NCBI GenBank assembly: GCA_041666205.1
Contig: JBAYHI010000002.1
Span: 64,725 to 128,724 of the forward strand
DNA from: Patescibacteria group bacterium
GTDB taxonomy: Bacteria; Patescibacteriota; Patescibacteriia; UBA9934
Direction: 5' to 3'
DNA: 64,000 nucleotides
A program made the position numbers and the translations under genes. The notes under the pieces are model-generated. The model was not told the origin of the DNA and did no database searches. It worked only from the letters and a program-made list of their open reading frames with translations. This document shows positions 32,141-41,575 of the stretch, piece by piece; the stretch's first letter is position 1, and each line of letters opens with the position of its first letter.

Positions 32141-32536
32141 TTCAAATTGAATCGAAAAATTATACATCCCCATCCCACATGTAGCCTGAAGTGTTGATCC
32201 TGCAGGCTGCGGGGGAATCTCAATTTCTGTATTTCCGGAGGCGGGCAGGTTCGCTGCGTATTCTATACCGGGGATCACAAGCGATGAAGAACAATCATAG
32301 GTCCCTGCTGTCTGGACGCGAAGGATGGTTGGAACCTCGGCTTGTGCAACTGTTGTACGTGGCAGATACCCCCCTTTTGCGGCAATCTCAATCCACTGTA
32401 CGCCATCTATCATCGAAACATTTTCTTCCGGTGCAACCTTCACGACTGCGGTGCGTTGAGATAAAAAAACAAGCCCTCCCAGGAAAACAATACAGGCAAC
32501 TGTTGAAAAAACCATCGTCGTTGTTTTCATATCCAT
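32138..32536 (-). CDS. Cupredoxin-domain protein
   Basis: GGYLP, TYDCSS, CGMGMY; N-terminal TM. Confidence 0.85.
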   Translation of the reverse strand: MDMKTTTMVFSTVACIVFLGGLVFLSQRTAVVKVAPEENVSMIDGVQWIEIAAKGGYLPRTTVAQAEVPTILRVQTAGTYDCSSSLVIPGIEYAANLPASGNTEIEIPPQPAGSTLQATCGMGMYNFSIQFE

Positions 32537-32539
32537 CCA

Positions 32540-33565
32540 TCAAAAATTAAAAATAGGCTCTATCCATCCAATCGCCACAAAACTATTTAGAATATTCAAT
32601 AAGCCAAATAAAATCACCACAAGTCCTGCACTCTTATAAAACACGCCTGATCGTTTCCCACTGCCAATACTCAGAGAGCTAAAACTCATGAGCGCGAGCA
32701 CGGGGAATGTGCCAAGCGCAAATACAAGCATCGTGGTAGCTCCGGCAAAAAAATCCCCAGTTGAAAGAGTGAATAGTTGCATGGATTGTGTGAACCCACA
32801 TGGCAGAAAAAATGTGGCGATTCCTGCCAGGAGTGGCGTGAGTGTGTGATTGAGCTTCGTTATTCGCTCCGCGCGTTCCGAAAGAAATTTTGGCATGGCT
32901 GGTTGTAGCTGTTTCACCCATGGAAAGACATCGAGTAAATTCACCCCAAGCACGAGCATCACACACCCGACCAAAATCCCGATGAGCATCGTGCCAACAA
33001 CGTTTAACTGAAATGCCGAGCCCAACACACCAATAAGACCCCCGAGAAGAAAAAACGACCCAAGACGGCCAAGATGAAACAGCAATTGTGGGCGTATCCG
33101 ATCGCCTCCTTTTGCAAATGACGCGGAAAGGGAGAGCACAAGCCCCCCAACCACGGCCATACACGTCGATAAAGACGCGATCATCCCAATCACGAATGCG
33201 GTTGAGAGCGATGCACGGCCCTCTCCAACTAAATGAACCAATCCAAGCTGTTGCATCAAAATATAAAGAAATAGAAATCCAATAACGATAGGAATGGCAA
33301 TCACGAATTCATCCCATTGGATGCGATGGGTATTCCCCACAGAAAGACGATACCCGCGATCTGCAATCAGGGTTGTTAGATCCTTGGCGATCTCTGCATC
33401 AGATGCATGCTCAAATGCTCCCTCGATTTCAACGGTCTGTCGTTTAAGATTTGTTATTGCTTGATGAACCCGAGGATCTGCTCGTAATGCTTGTTGCGTG
33501 AATTGCACACACGAAGCGCAATGGAGCCCCTGAATATGAAACCGATGATGAGTTGTTGATTGCAT
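32540..33565 (-). CDS. HMA domain fused to a DsbD-like/TauE-like membrane domain
   Basis: GLHCASC, STCMAVVGG, FFLPCGF, FALGTFP. Confidence 0.85.
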   Translation of the reverse strand: MQSTTHHRFHIQGLHCASCVQFTQQALRADPRVHQAITNLKRQTVEIEGAFEHASDAEIAKDLTTLIADRGYRLSVGNTHRIQWDEFVIAIPIVIGFLFLYILMQQLGLVHLVGEGRASLSTAFVIGMIASLSTCMAVVGGLVLSLSASFAKGGDRIRPQLLFHLGRLGSFFLLGGLIGVLGSAFQLNVVGTMLIGILVGCVMLVLGVNLLDVFPWVKQLQPAMPKFLSERAERITKLNHTLTPLLAGIATFFLPCGFTQSMQLFTLSTGDFFAGATTMLVFALGTFPVLALMSFSSLSIGSGKRSGVFYKSAGLVVILFGLLNILNSFVAIGWIEPIFNF

Positions 33566-33566
33566 A

Positions 33567-35843
33567 TTAAAGTTTTTTTGTCTGTAAACGCAGAGAATTT
33601 GCAACAACCGAAACGCTCGAGAATGCCATGGCTATGCCGGCAAATACCGGGCTTAGCAGCCAACCAAATAAGGGGAAAAAGAGACCGCCAGCAAGCGGGA
33701 TGCCCACGAGATTATAGAAGAAGGCCCAAAATAAATTTTGTTTTATTCCGCGCATGGTGAGATTTGACAAATGAATCGCTTTCACAAGCTTTGAAATGTC
33801 TCCCTGCAACAACGTGATCCCGGCCGATTCCATGGCAATATCTGTTCCGGTGCCCATTGCAATCCCAACATCTGCTTGCGCAAGAGCCGGGGCGTCATTC
33901 ATTCCATCCCCGACCATCGCAACGATCTCGCCATCTTTTTGTAGTGCAGAAATCTTTGCAAGCTTATCGCCTGGCAGAGCATGTGCAATCACCTCTTCAA
34001 CCCCAACCTGATTGGCAATAAACCGCGCCGTACGTTCGTCGTCCCCGGTGAGCATCACTGTGCGAATCCCAAGACGATGCAGTGTCGTAATGGCACCTTT
34101 TGCTTCGGGTCGTACCGCATCTGCAACCATCACATACCCGAGCATCTGCGTTGTGGTGGCCAAAAAAACCGGTGTCCGCCCCTTTGCTGTTTCCTCCTCA
34201 ATTTGTTCTATCGGAATCTCCAACCCATATTCCTGCATGAGCATTGCATTGCCAACAAGATAATCTACGCCACCAATCACACCCAGAATCCCCTTACCTT
34301 TCACCACCTCGAATTTTTCTGGAGGCACAACATTCCATACGCGTTGCTTTACATACGCAACGATTGCCGAGGCGATGGGGTGTTCAGATCGTGACTCCAA
34401 ACTCGCAAGCAAGGTCATAAATTGTTCCTCTTGCATGACAGACGCAGGATGTACTAAAACAACTTCTGGCATGCCCTTTGTCACCGTACCGGTTTTATCA
34501 AGCACAATCGTGGTCACCTGATGTAGTGTTTGGAGCGTAGCTGCATCTTTTATAAGAATCCCCTCCCGCGCACCTTTGCCAACACCCACAATAATCGCCG
34601 TTGGGGTTGCGAGTCCCAAGGCACACGGGCAAGCAATAATGAGGATACCAACAAATGAGGTGAGCCCAAATGAAAGGGCATGCCCAAAGCCCAATGAGGC
34701 AATGCCGATTGTAAGCCACAATCCAAGCGAGACAAACGCAAGCCCTAATACAATCGGAACAAATACGCGAGAGATTTTGTCTGCCAATGCTTGAATGGGT
34801 GCTTTGCTGGATTGCGCGGTTTCTACCATCTTAATAATCTGGAAAAGAAGCGTTTCGCTCCCAATATGCGTGGCTGTGAATGTTACGGTTCCGGTTGTAT
34901 TGAGTGTTCCCGCAACAACGCGATCGCCAGCCTGTTTTTCCACTGGAATCGGTTCCCCGGTAATCATGGATTCATCCACAAACGTGGATCCATCCGCGAT
35001 CACTCCGTCAACTGCAATCCGTGACGCGGGCTTCACAATCAGCAAATCCCCAACGCGAATATCCTCAATCGGAACCTCGACTTCGATTCCTTGACGCAAA
35101 ACAAGCGCCTGCTTTGCCTGCAAATTCAATAATTTTTCAATTGCCGCGCCTGTCTTCACTTTTGAACGCGATTCTAAATATTTCCCAAGCGTAATGAATG
35201 CAATCACCACAATCACCACATCAAAATAGGTCTGTGAGACATCGATATAAGCCCCTAGTGCGCCGGGAAATACCATGACCACGACGCTATAAAGAAACGC
35301 TGCAAGCGTTCCCATACCGATGAGCGTATCCATATCTGCCTTCCCATATCGCAAAAACCGATAGATGCCCTTCAGATACGGAATCCCCACAAAAAATAAC
35401 GCAATGAGGGCTGAAAAAAATAGAGCCCCGAGCAATCCTTGATTCACAAATTCTGGAACGATCTGCACCGACCATATGCGCTCGATGGCGTCCAGGATCA
35501 TCATGCCACCACTGAAAATTGCCAGCGGAATCATCAGATAAACCTTACCCCGAAGCACACGAATCTCCTTGAGTTTGCGTTCCTTTGATTCACCAACCCC
35601 TGTATGCAAGGCGTGGTCCATCCCCGACGACATAGGGTGCAATGTGTACCCGAGTGGGTTAAGCGCCCGGTTAAACAGTTCAACATTTGTGGATACATCA
35701 GCGGATACAACCTCAACGGTTTCTGTTCCGAAATTTGTTTGTGCAGACACCACTCCATGGATTTTTTTTAGTGCATCCTCAATCGTAGCCCCACACGAGG
35801 CGCAATGCATGCCACTTACATGAAATGAGGCCCGTATTTGCAT
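33567..35843 (-). CDS. copA: Copper-translocating P1B-type ATPase
   Basis: GMHCASC, TGEP, CPCALGLATP, DKTGT, SEHP, GDGMNDAP, YN..GIP, MAFSS. Confidence 0.95.
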   Translation of the reverse strand: MQIRASFHVSGMHCASCGATIEDALKKIHGVVSAQTNFGTETVEVVSADVSTNVELFNRALNPLGYTLHPMSSGMDHALHTGVGESKERKLKEIRVLRGKVYLMIPLAIFSGGMMILDAIERIWSVQIVPEFVNQGLLGALFFSALIALFFVGIPYLKGIYRFLRYGKADMDTLIGMGTLAAFLYSVVVMVFPGALGAYIDVSQTYFDVVIVVIAFITLGKYLESRSKVKTGAAIEKLLNLQAKQALVLRQGIEVEVPIEDIRVGDLLIVKPASRIAVDGVIADGSTFVDESMITGEPIPVEKQAGDRVVAGTLNTTGTVTFTATHIGSETLLFQIIKMVETAQSSKAPIQALADKISRVFVPIVLGLAFVSLGLWLTIGIASLGFGHALSFGLTSFVGILIIACPCALGLATPTAIIVGVGKGAREGILIKDAATLQTLHQVTTIVLDKTGTVTKGMPEVVLVHPASVMQEEQFMTLLASLESRSEHPIASAIVAYVKQRVWNVVPPEKFEVVKGKGILGVIGGVDYLVGNAMLMQEYGLEIPIEQIEEETAKGRTPVFLATTTQMLGYVMVADAVRPEAKGAITTLHRLGIRTVMLTGDDERTARFIANQVGVEEVIAHALPGDKLAKISALQKDGEIVAMVGDGMNDAPALAQADVGIAMGTGTDIAMESAGITLLQGDISKLVKAIHLSNLTMRGIKQNLFWAFFYNLVGIPLAGGLFFPLFGWLLSPVFAGIAMAFSSVSVVANSLRLQTKKL

Positions 35844-35844
35844 A

Positions 35845-36111
35845 TTAATTTGAAAGATTATAAATCTTCAAAAGCTCATCCACGGCTTTCTGTTTATTTT
35901 CTTTTAATTGATGTGCCACACATGTATTTAGGTGACCAGCAAGCAATTCACGCTTTGCACACTTCAAAAGTCCAATCACGCTATCGACCTGTTGAATGAC
36001 CTCCGGACAATATTGATCATTTTCAATCATCGCGCTGATTTTTTGCATGGTCCCCTGCGCCTGCTTTACGGAAAGATGGGCTTTTTGCTTATTTGGAGTG
36101 ATCGGCATCAT
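35845..36111 (-). CDS. csoR: CsoR/RcnR-family metal-sensing repressor
   Basis: MIENDQYC...GHLNTC Cys-His-Cys pattern. Confidence 0.85.
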   Translation of the reverse strand: MMPITPNKQKAHLSVKQAQGTMQKISAMIENDQYCPEVIQQVDSVIGLLKCAKRELLAGHLNTCVAHQLKENKQKAVDELLKIYNLSN

Positions 36112-36122
36112 AAAAAAGAGAT

Positions 36123-36150
36123 AGTATAACCTACCCCCTAGGGTATAGGG
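36123..36150 (-). promoter_or_regulatory. CsoR-type operator next to the -10 box
   Basis: TACCCCCTAGGGTA G/C-tract palindrome adjacent to TATACT. Confidence 0.7.
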
Positions 36151-36186
36151 TGAACCTCAATCTTGCAAGCCCCGTTGTGGATATAA

Positions 36187-36227
36187 AAAAGCACCCTGCC
36201 GATTGTGGCGGGGCGCTTTTGTTTTTA
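36187..36227 (-). terminator. Intrinsic terminator of uppP; direct repeat of 32099-32140
   Basis: AAAAGCACCCTGCCGATTGTGGCGGGGCGCTTTTGTTTTTA. Confidence 0.75.
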
Positions 36228-37028
36228 CTTGAAAAATGTCAGCACGAGAATCAGACCTCCGAGCGCAATGCGATACCAGGCAAACCACTTGAAACTATAC
36301 TTCTCGATAAATTTAAAAAGGAATCGAATTGCAACCATTCCCGATGCTGCTGCGGCAATAAACCCAACAATGAGGAGTGGCCACGGAGTCATGAATCCAT
36401 TTTGAATCACGTCGACCGTTGCAAATGTACTTGCGGCAAGAATTGCTGGAATCGAAAGAAGGAATGAAAACTTTGCCACAGTATTGCGCCCGAGCCCCAT
36501 AAATAATCCCGCGGTCATGGTAATCCCCGATCGCGACGTGCCCGGCAATAGCGAAAGCGCTTGCGCAAATCCCATCACCATCGCCTGTTTCCACGTGGTG
36601 TGCTCCAAGCCATGTGTGAGTGTTCCCATGCGTGCATGGAACCAATCTGCGATCCACAAAACAATCCCCCAAAAAATCAAATTCGCCGCTACAATATCGA
36701 GCGTACGAATCGCATCCAAATAGGAGTCTGAAATCACAAGGCCCAAAATCATCACCGGAATGGTGGCGCCAAATAATTTCATCGCAAGCTTTGTTTCATC
36801 GGTCATCTTGCGTTTCATGAGTCCAACGGCAATCCCCCGAATTTCCGGCCACAACGAATAGACCACTGCGGTGAGCGTTGCTAAATGCACCATGACGTCA
36901 AAATCATACCCTTGCTCTTTCCACCCAAAAAACTCCGGAAAAATAATGAGATGCCCAGAACTAGAAATTGGCAAGAATTCTGTAATTCCTTGTACGAGCC
37001 CTAACACAACGGCTTGAAAAACATTCAT
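36225..37028 (-). CDS. uppP: Undecaprenyl-diphosphate phosphatase
   Basis: QGITEFLPISSSGH, PGTSRSG, FSFLLSIP. Confidence 0.96.
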   Translation of the reverse strand: MNVFQAVVLGLVQGITEFLPISSSGHLIIFPEFFGWKEQGYDFDVMVHLATLTAVVYSLWPEIRGIAVGLMKRKMTDETKLAMKLFGATIPVMILGLVISDSYLDAIRTLDIVAANLIFWGIVLWIADWFHARMGTLTHGLEHTTWKQAMVMGFAQALSLLPGTSRSGITMTAGLFMGLGRNTVAKFSFLLSIPAILAASTFATVDVIQNGFMTPWPLLIVGFIAAAASGMVAIRFLFKFIEKYSFKWFAWYRIALGGLILVLTFFK

Positions 37029-37031
37029 ACA

Positions 37032-38921
37032 TTACGAGTTGAATTGCACAATTTCCCCTGGCTTTGGAGATCCTGCTGCGTGATCACTCCCCGGCGTTTG
37101 AGACGTGGGCGCGCTACTTGTTGGCGTCTTCTTTTTATGACGACGTCGACGCTTACTGCGCTCGGGCGCTTGCGGAGGCACAGTTCCCATTGGCGCTTTT
37201 ATCGGCACCGAAATAGGTACTGCAGGTGCAACCTCCCGCGCCATCTGCGCAGGCTTTTCCATCGCCGGTCGCGCAACAGGAGCGGGTTTTGCACGCTCCG
37301 TTAATTCCGAAAGTGAGGCGCTGCTTGATTCTTCTTTTGTAATAAGTTCCCCATCCATGATTTTTGGAACTTCTGTGATCACCTTCTTTTCTGGTCGAAA
37401 CGGAGCCGGAGATTTCTTTCCTTTTTCACGCTCCTCTTTAATAAGCGGCATGCACTCTTCACAATAAATCGGGCGCGAACGATCGAGCTCTACTGGAATC
37501 GCAAAGGTTTTTCCGCAACGCGTGCAGGTATATTCCTGGCTATATTTTGCTTTCTTCGCCGCTTCTTTTTTATCTTTCACCTCTTTATATTTTTCGTCCA
37601 AATCCACGCCCTCACCAAATCCACTCCAGGTCGCCACATGTTCTTCAATGGACGCGCGATTTCCCGCGTAGCGTTCACGAGATTGCGCCACGACCCGTTC
37701 TTGACTTCCTGTTTTTTGCGCAATCGGTGGAAGGGTGAGCGCGGAAAATGGCGCAGAGGTGACGCCGTCAATCATGAGCTTCAAATAAATTTGGAATTTC
37801 GGCAAATTGATTAAATCCTCCGGCAAAAACCGCGGGGTAAATTCATCCTCCATAAATGTGGCGTCTGGCGAACCAACGCGGAATGTAATGATCGTACCCA
37901 CGTTTCCAAATACGGCATCGCGCACCGACGTATTCCCGCCGTAATCGAGTTGAGAAATATACTGGTGCGCCATGATGAGGTTCAGGCGATATTTACGTGC
38001 TTCAGAAAGAATTGACGCAAAGGATTCAACCGCAAAGTTTTGAAATTCATCAACGTAGAGATAAAAATCTTGACGCTCACTTTCAGGCATATCCACACGC
38101 TCCATGGCAGCCATGGAAAGCTTGGTAACAATCATCCCTCCGAGCAAACGCATGGCATCTTCTCCAATACGTCCTTTTGCCAAATTCACAATAAGAATTT
38201 TCTGATCATCCATGATGCTGCGCAAATCGAGCGTGGATTTTGCTTGCGCCACAATATTTCGCATGACCGAGGAAGAAAGGAATTGTCCAACTTTATTTTG
38301 AATAGGCGCCACGGCCTCGGACGCAAACTTGCTTTCGTATGATGCAAATTCCGTCACCCAGAATTGTTTGACGATCGGATCTTTCACGTTTGCAATAATT
38401 TCTTTTCGATACGCGGCGTCCGATAGCATGCGGTTAATCCCCAAGAGTGTGGTATTGGGCGTATCCATGAGCGCCAAAATCGTATTATTGAGAATATATT
38501 CCATGCGTGCGCTCCACACATTTTCCCAGATTTTCTTGAATACACTCATCATGCCCGCAGCCACCAAATGCTTCTGATCGGGTCGAACTGCTTCCAAAAT
38601 ATTGAATCCAATTGGATACTCAAAATCCGCCGGGTTAAAATACACCACGTCGTTTATGCGCCACGACGGAATATAGTCGAGGAGTTTCTCTGCGGTATCG
38701 CCGTGCGGGTCAATATAGCAGGCGCCGTGGCCAGCATAGATGTCAGAGAGAATCATGTTCTCAAGGAGTGTAGTTTTCCCCATGCCGGTTTTTCCAATCA
38801 CATAGACGTGCCGGCGACGATCATCGGTTTTAATGCCAAATTTATGCATCTGATTGCGAAAATTCGTTTTCGCAAAATAGATGATGTCTTTTTCGTGATC
38901 GTGGGGATAGCGCATTGGCAT
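37032..38921 (-). CDS. TraD/VirD4/VirB4-like ATPase with C-terminal CxxC-x17-CxxC domain
   Basis: GKTGMGKT, IDPHGD, YVDEFQNF, SEARKYRL; CTRC-x17-CEEC. Confidence 0.88.
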   Translation of the reverse strand: MPMRYPHDHEKDIIYFAKTNFRNQMHKFGIKTDDRRRHVYVIGKTGMGKTTLLENMILSDIYAGHGACYIDPHGDTAEKLLDYIPSWRINDVVYFNPADFEYPIGFNILEAVRPDQKHLVAAGMMSVFKKIWENVWSARMEYILNNTILALMDTPNTTLLGINRMLSDAAYRKEIIANVKDPIVKQFWVTEFASYESKFASEAVAPIQNKVGQFLSSSVMRNIVAQAKSTLDLRSIMDDQKILIVNLAKGRIGEDAMRLLGGMIVTKLSMAAMERVDMPESERQDFYLYVDEFQNFAVESFASILSEARKYRLNLIMAHQYISQLDYGGNTSVRDAVFGNVGTIITFRVGSPDATFMEDEFTPRFLPEDLINLPKFQIYLKLMIDGVTSAPFSALTLPPIAQKTGSQERVVAQSRERYAGNRASIEEHVATWSGFGEGVDLDEKYKEVKDKKEAAKKAKYSQEYTCTRCGKTFAIPVELDRSRPIYCEECMPLIKEEREKGKKSPAPFRPEKKVITEVPKIMDGELITKEESSSASLSELTERAKPAPVARPAMEKPAQMAREVAPAVPISVPIKAPMGTVPPQAPERSKRRRRHKKKTPTSSAPTSQTPGSDHAAGSPKPGEIVQFNS

Positions 38922-38924
38922 AGA

Positions 38925-40517
38925 CTAAATCGGGAGATTTGTAGGCACATCGTTTTTGCCATCGATTGTTTCGGGCGATGCATCAAAGCCCGGTGGAAGT
39001 GGCGCCGGCATTCCGGCACGGGGCCGGTACAAATCGTCTGGCGTTGACGCAACCGGCATGACGCGGTCATAGGAGCGATCATCGCCTTGAAGCGAACGCG
39101 TTGGCGCGGAAAGTTTTGGCACCACGAGTGGCCCTGTATCTTTTGGTAAACTCTTTTTTGTGACGAGCCCATCGGTTGTAGAGCGATCCAAATTCGGCAA
39201 ATCAGGTTCATTGGCCCCGGCCCAATTGAGCTCAGACGGCGCTTCTGAACGGCGCGAAGAAAGTCGCGCAAGCACGGGCGTGCGCGCATCGCCCGCTGGA
39301 AAATGAAATAGCGTTGCGAGCTCGGCCGAGTTCATATAAAACACGCTCGAGGACGCAAACGGATGACGCTTCTTGTAGCGCTTCACCAAATTGCGTTGTT
39401 TTCCAGGAAGTTGCCACTCCATCCAGAAATAATCGTCTTTTGGCGTAGAGGCCTCGTGAATTCCAATCGAGTTTAGCGTGAGATCTCCAAATTGGTGGAA
39501 ATAGCCCTTCATCATGGAGGCAATCGTTCCCTTGCGGAATAATTCTTTTTTTGCAAAGTACACGAATCGGATTTTCGTTTGCCAACCGAGTTTCGTAATT
39601 TTCAAACGCACGGCTTCCATTTGATCACGCTCTTCTGGCGTGATTTTGAACATCTTAAAATCATCGGCTTTCTTTTCCGGCGATGCACCCCCAAGCGTCA
39701 ACCCGGTGAGTTGACTCACAAATTCCCCGGGAATCCACCCGATTCCGCTCGAGAAAAACCCAGACTTTGGAGCATCAACATCGCGACCGTATAATTTTTC
39801 AATGAATTTCTTCCCTTCCTTGGCCCAATCCTGCTCATCGGGTTGTTTGATAATGAGCTGAATCATGAGATTTTCCCCAGGGCGCATTTTTCCCATCATT
39901 TCCAAAAGCGGAAGAATCGTATCTTTGTACCGATTATCTTTTTCCCCCATGTGCTCGAATTGCTCATACGTGCGAATCGGCAAAAAATTCTTTTTCTTAA
40001 GAATCATTTCCGTTCCCCAGCAATCCCATTCTTCATTTGGCCATTCATCGGGAATAATGCCGATATAATCTTCCACCTCGGTCATCTGAGCCTCGGGATA
40101 TTGCGCATAGAGCGCCGCTTCCAAGAGGTCGCGATATTTTGATTGCACCCGCATATAATATTGCAGGTTGCCACCAATTGACACAATCTCCAATGAGAAA
40201 AACGCTTGAAATTTTCCGAGCAGCCATTCCTCACGCCACGTAATAGCAGATTTACTTCCTGCAATATTATTGAAAAAATTCTCCATGCCTTTTGGCGTTT
40301 GTACGGCATCGAGTGGAACCGTAACCGCAAGCAAGTGCCATTTCAAATTATCCCAATATTCGCCTTGCTTATAATCTTGCCAGACTTCCACAAGACCCCA
40401 CACAATAACGCCAAAAATTGGCACCCATCCAACCATAAACAATGCATGAGCTGCCATGATTTCGAGTGGCGTTGTCGCAAAATAGTGCGAAACAATTGCG
40501 GACAATTCAGAAATCAT
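38925..40517 (-). CDS. Conserved hypothetical protein resembling the N-terminal half of 18407-20932
   Basis: SLEIV, AQYPEA, PIRTY, ELATLFHFP match ALEMV, AQYPDA, PIKTY, EMASLWHLP. Confidence 0.8.
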   Translation of the reverse strand: MISELSAIVSHYFATTPLEIMAAHALFMVGWVPIFGVIVWGLVEVWQDYKQGEYWDNLKWHLLAVTVPLDAVQTPKGMENFFNNIAGSKSAITWREEWLLGKFQAFFSLEIVSIGGNLQYYMRVQSKYRDLLEAALYAQYPEAQMTEVEDYIGIIPDEWPNEEWDCWGTEMILKKKNFLPIRTYEQFEHMGEKDNRYKDTILPLLEMMGKMRPGENLMIQLIIKQPDEQDWAKEGKKFIEKLYGRDVDAPKSGFFSSGIGWIPGEFVSQLTGLTLGGASPEKKADDFKMFKITPEERDQMEAVRLKITKLGWQTKIRFVYFAKKELFRKGTIASMMKGYFHQFGDLTLNSIGIHEASTPKDDYFWMEWQLPGKQRNLVKRYKKRHPFASSSVFYMNSAELATLFHFPAGDARTPVLARLSSRRSEAPSELNWAGANEPDLPNLDRSTTDGLVTKKSLPKDTGPLVVPKLSAPTRSLQGDDRSYDRVMPVASTPDDLYRPRAGMPAPLPPGFDASPETIDGKNDVPTNLPI

Positions 40518-40581
40518 ACGTTGTTGGTATTATAGCACAAGAAAACAAAAGCGCTGAGAATTTCTTCTCAGCGTCTTCGCC

Positions 40582-40664
40582 GTACGGGCGGGGTCTCCCC
40601 GCCCGTCGTCGGGTCGGGGAACCCGACCCCTACAGCGTAAGGGCATGGCGTGCCATGCCTTTAC
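40582..40664. repeat. Cluster of three GTAG-type REP palindromes
   Basis: GTACGGGCGGGGTCTCCCCGCCCG, GGGTCGGGGAACCCGACCCCTAC, GTAAGGGCATGGCGTGCCATGCCTTTAC. Confidence 0.75.
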
Positions 40665-41569
40665 TTTTTCTGCCACTTCTCCCAAAGCACCAAGAGCGGA
40701 CTTGCGAGGAAAATGGATGAATAGGCGCCGCTCGTGATTCCAATGATGAGCGCGAGCACAAATGGGCGTGTGGATTCCCCACCGAAAATGAAGATGGCAA
40801 TCAAGGTAAGGAGCGTCGTGAGCGTGGTATTGATGGATCGCGCAAATGTTTGCACAATACTTGAGTTCACAATCTCGCCAAAGGAAACGTCAGTGTGGCG
40901 ATTCTTATGCAGATTTTCACGGGTGCGATCGAATACAACAATCGTATCGTTAATGGAGTACCCCATGATGGTGAGAATTGCTGCAATGAATGCGGTATCG
41001 ATTTGATAGCCCCAATAATGCCCAAGCACGGCGAATACTCCAACTGGCAAAAGAATGTCGTGCAAGCCTGCAAGAATCGTGAGCAATCCGTATTTCCACG
41101 AGGCAACTGGCTTTGAAACATGTCGAAATGCCCAGGCAATATAGGCAATGATGAGAACCGAAAGCACAATTACGGCAACGATCGATTTCTTTTTAAGCTC
41201 TTCTCCAAATGTCGGACCAATGGCTTCGTAGCGGAGTTCTTGCAAATCCTCACCATAAGTTACCTGCAAGGAATCCAAAAGCAAGCTGTGCTCTTCTTGT
41301 GTGAGCGTTCGTGTACGAATGAGCATGGTACCACTGCTGCTATTTTGAATCGTGGATTCATACCCAAAGGCCTGGATATTTGCCTGAAGATCAGAAATCT
41401 CAATTGCCGATGCAGGTTTGATTTCCAAAAGACTACCTCCGGTAAAATCGATCCCGAAATTGAGTCCGAAAATCGCAATTGCCACAATCGAACCAACCAT
41501 AAGCGCACCCGATAGGATGAGCCACACCCTTGAAAGCGAAATGAAAGGAAATTTTTCAACAATCGACAT
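40661..41569 (-). CDS. secF: Protein translocase subunit SecF
   Basis: GIDFTGG, HDIL, GYSINDTIVVFDRTRE, YSSIFLASP. Confidence 0.96.
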   Translation of the reverse strand: MSIVEKFPFISLSRVWLILSGALMVGSIVAIAIFGLNFGIDFTGGSLLEIKPASAIEISDLQANIQAFGYESTIQNSSSGTMLIRTRTLTQEEHSLLLDSLQVTYGEDLQELRYEAIGPTFGEELKKKSIVAVIVLSVLIIAYIAWAFRHVSKPVASWKYGLLTILAGLHDILLPVGVFAVLGHYWGYQIDTAFIAAILTIMGYSINDTIVVFDRTRENLHKNRHTDVSFGEIVNSSIVQTFARSINTTLTTLLTLIAIFIFGGESTRPFVLALIIGITSGAYSSIFLASPLLVLWEKWQKK

Positions 41570-41575
41570 ATGCTG

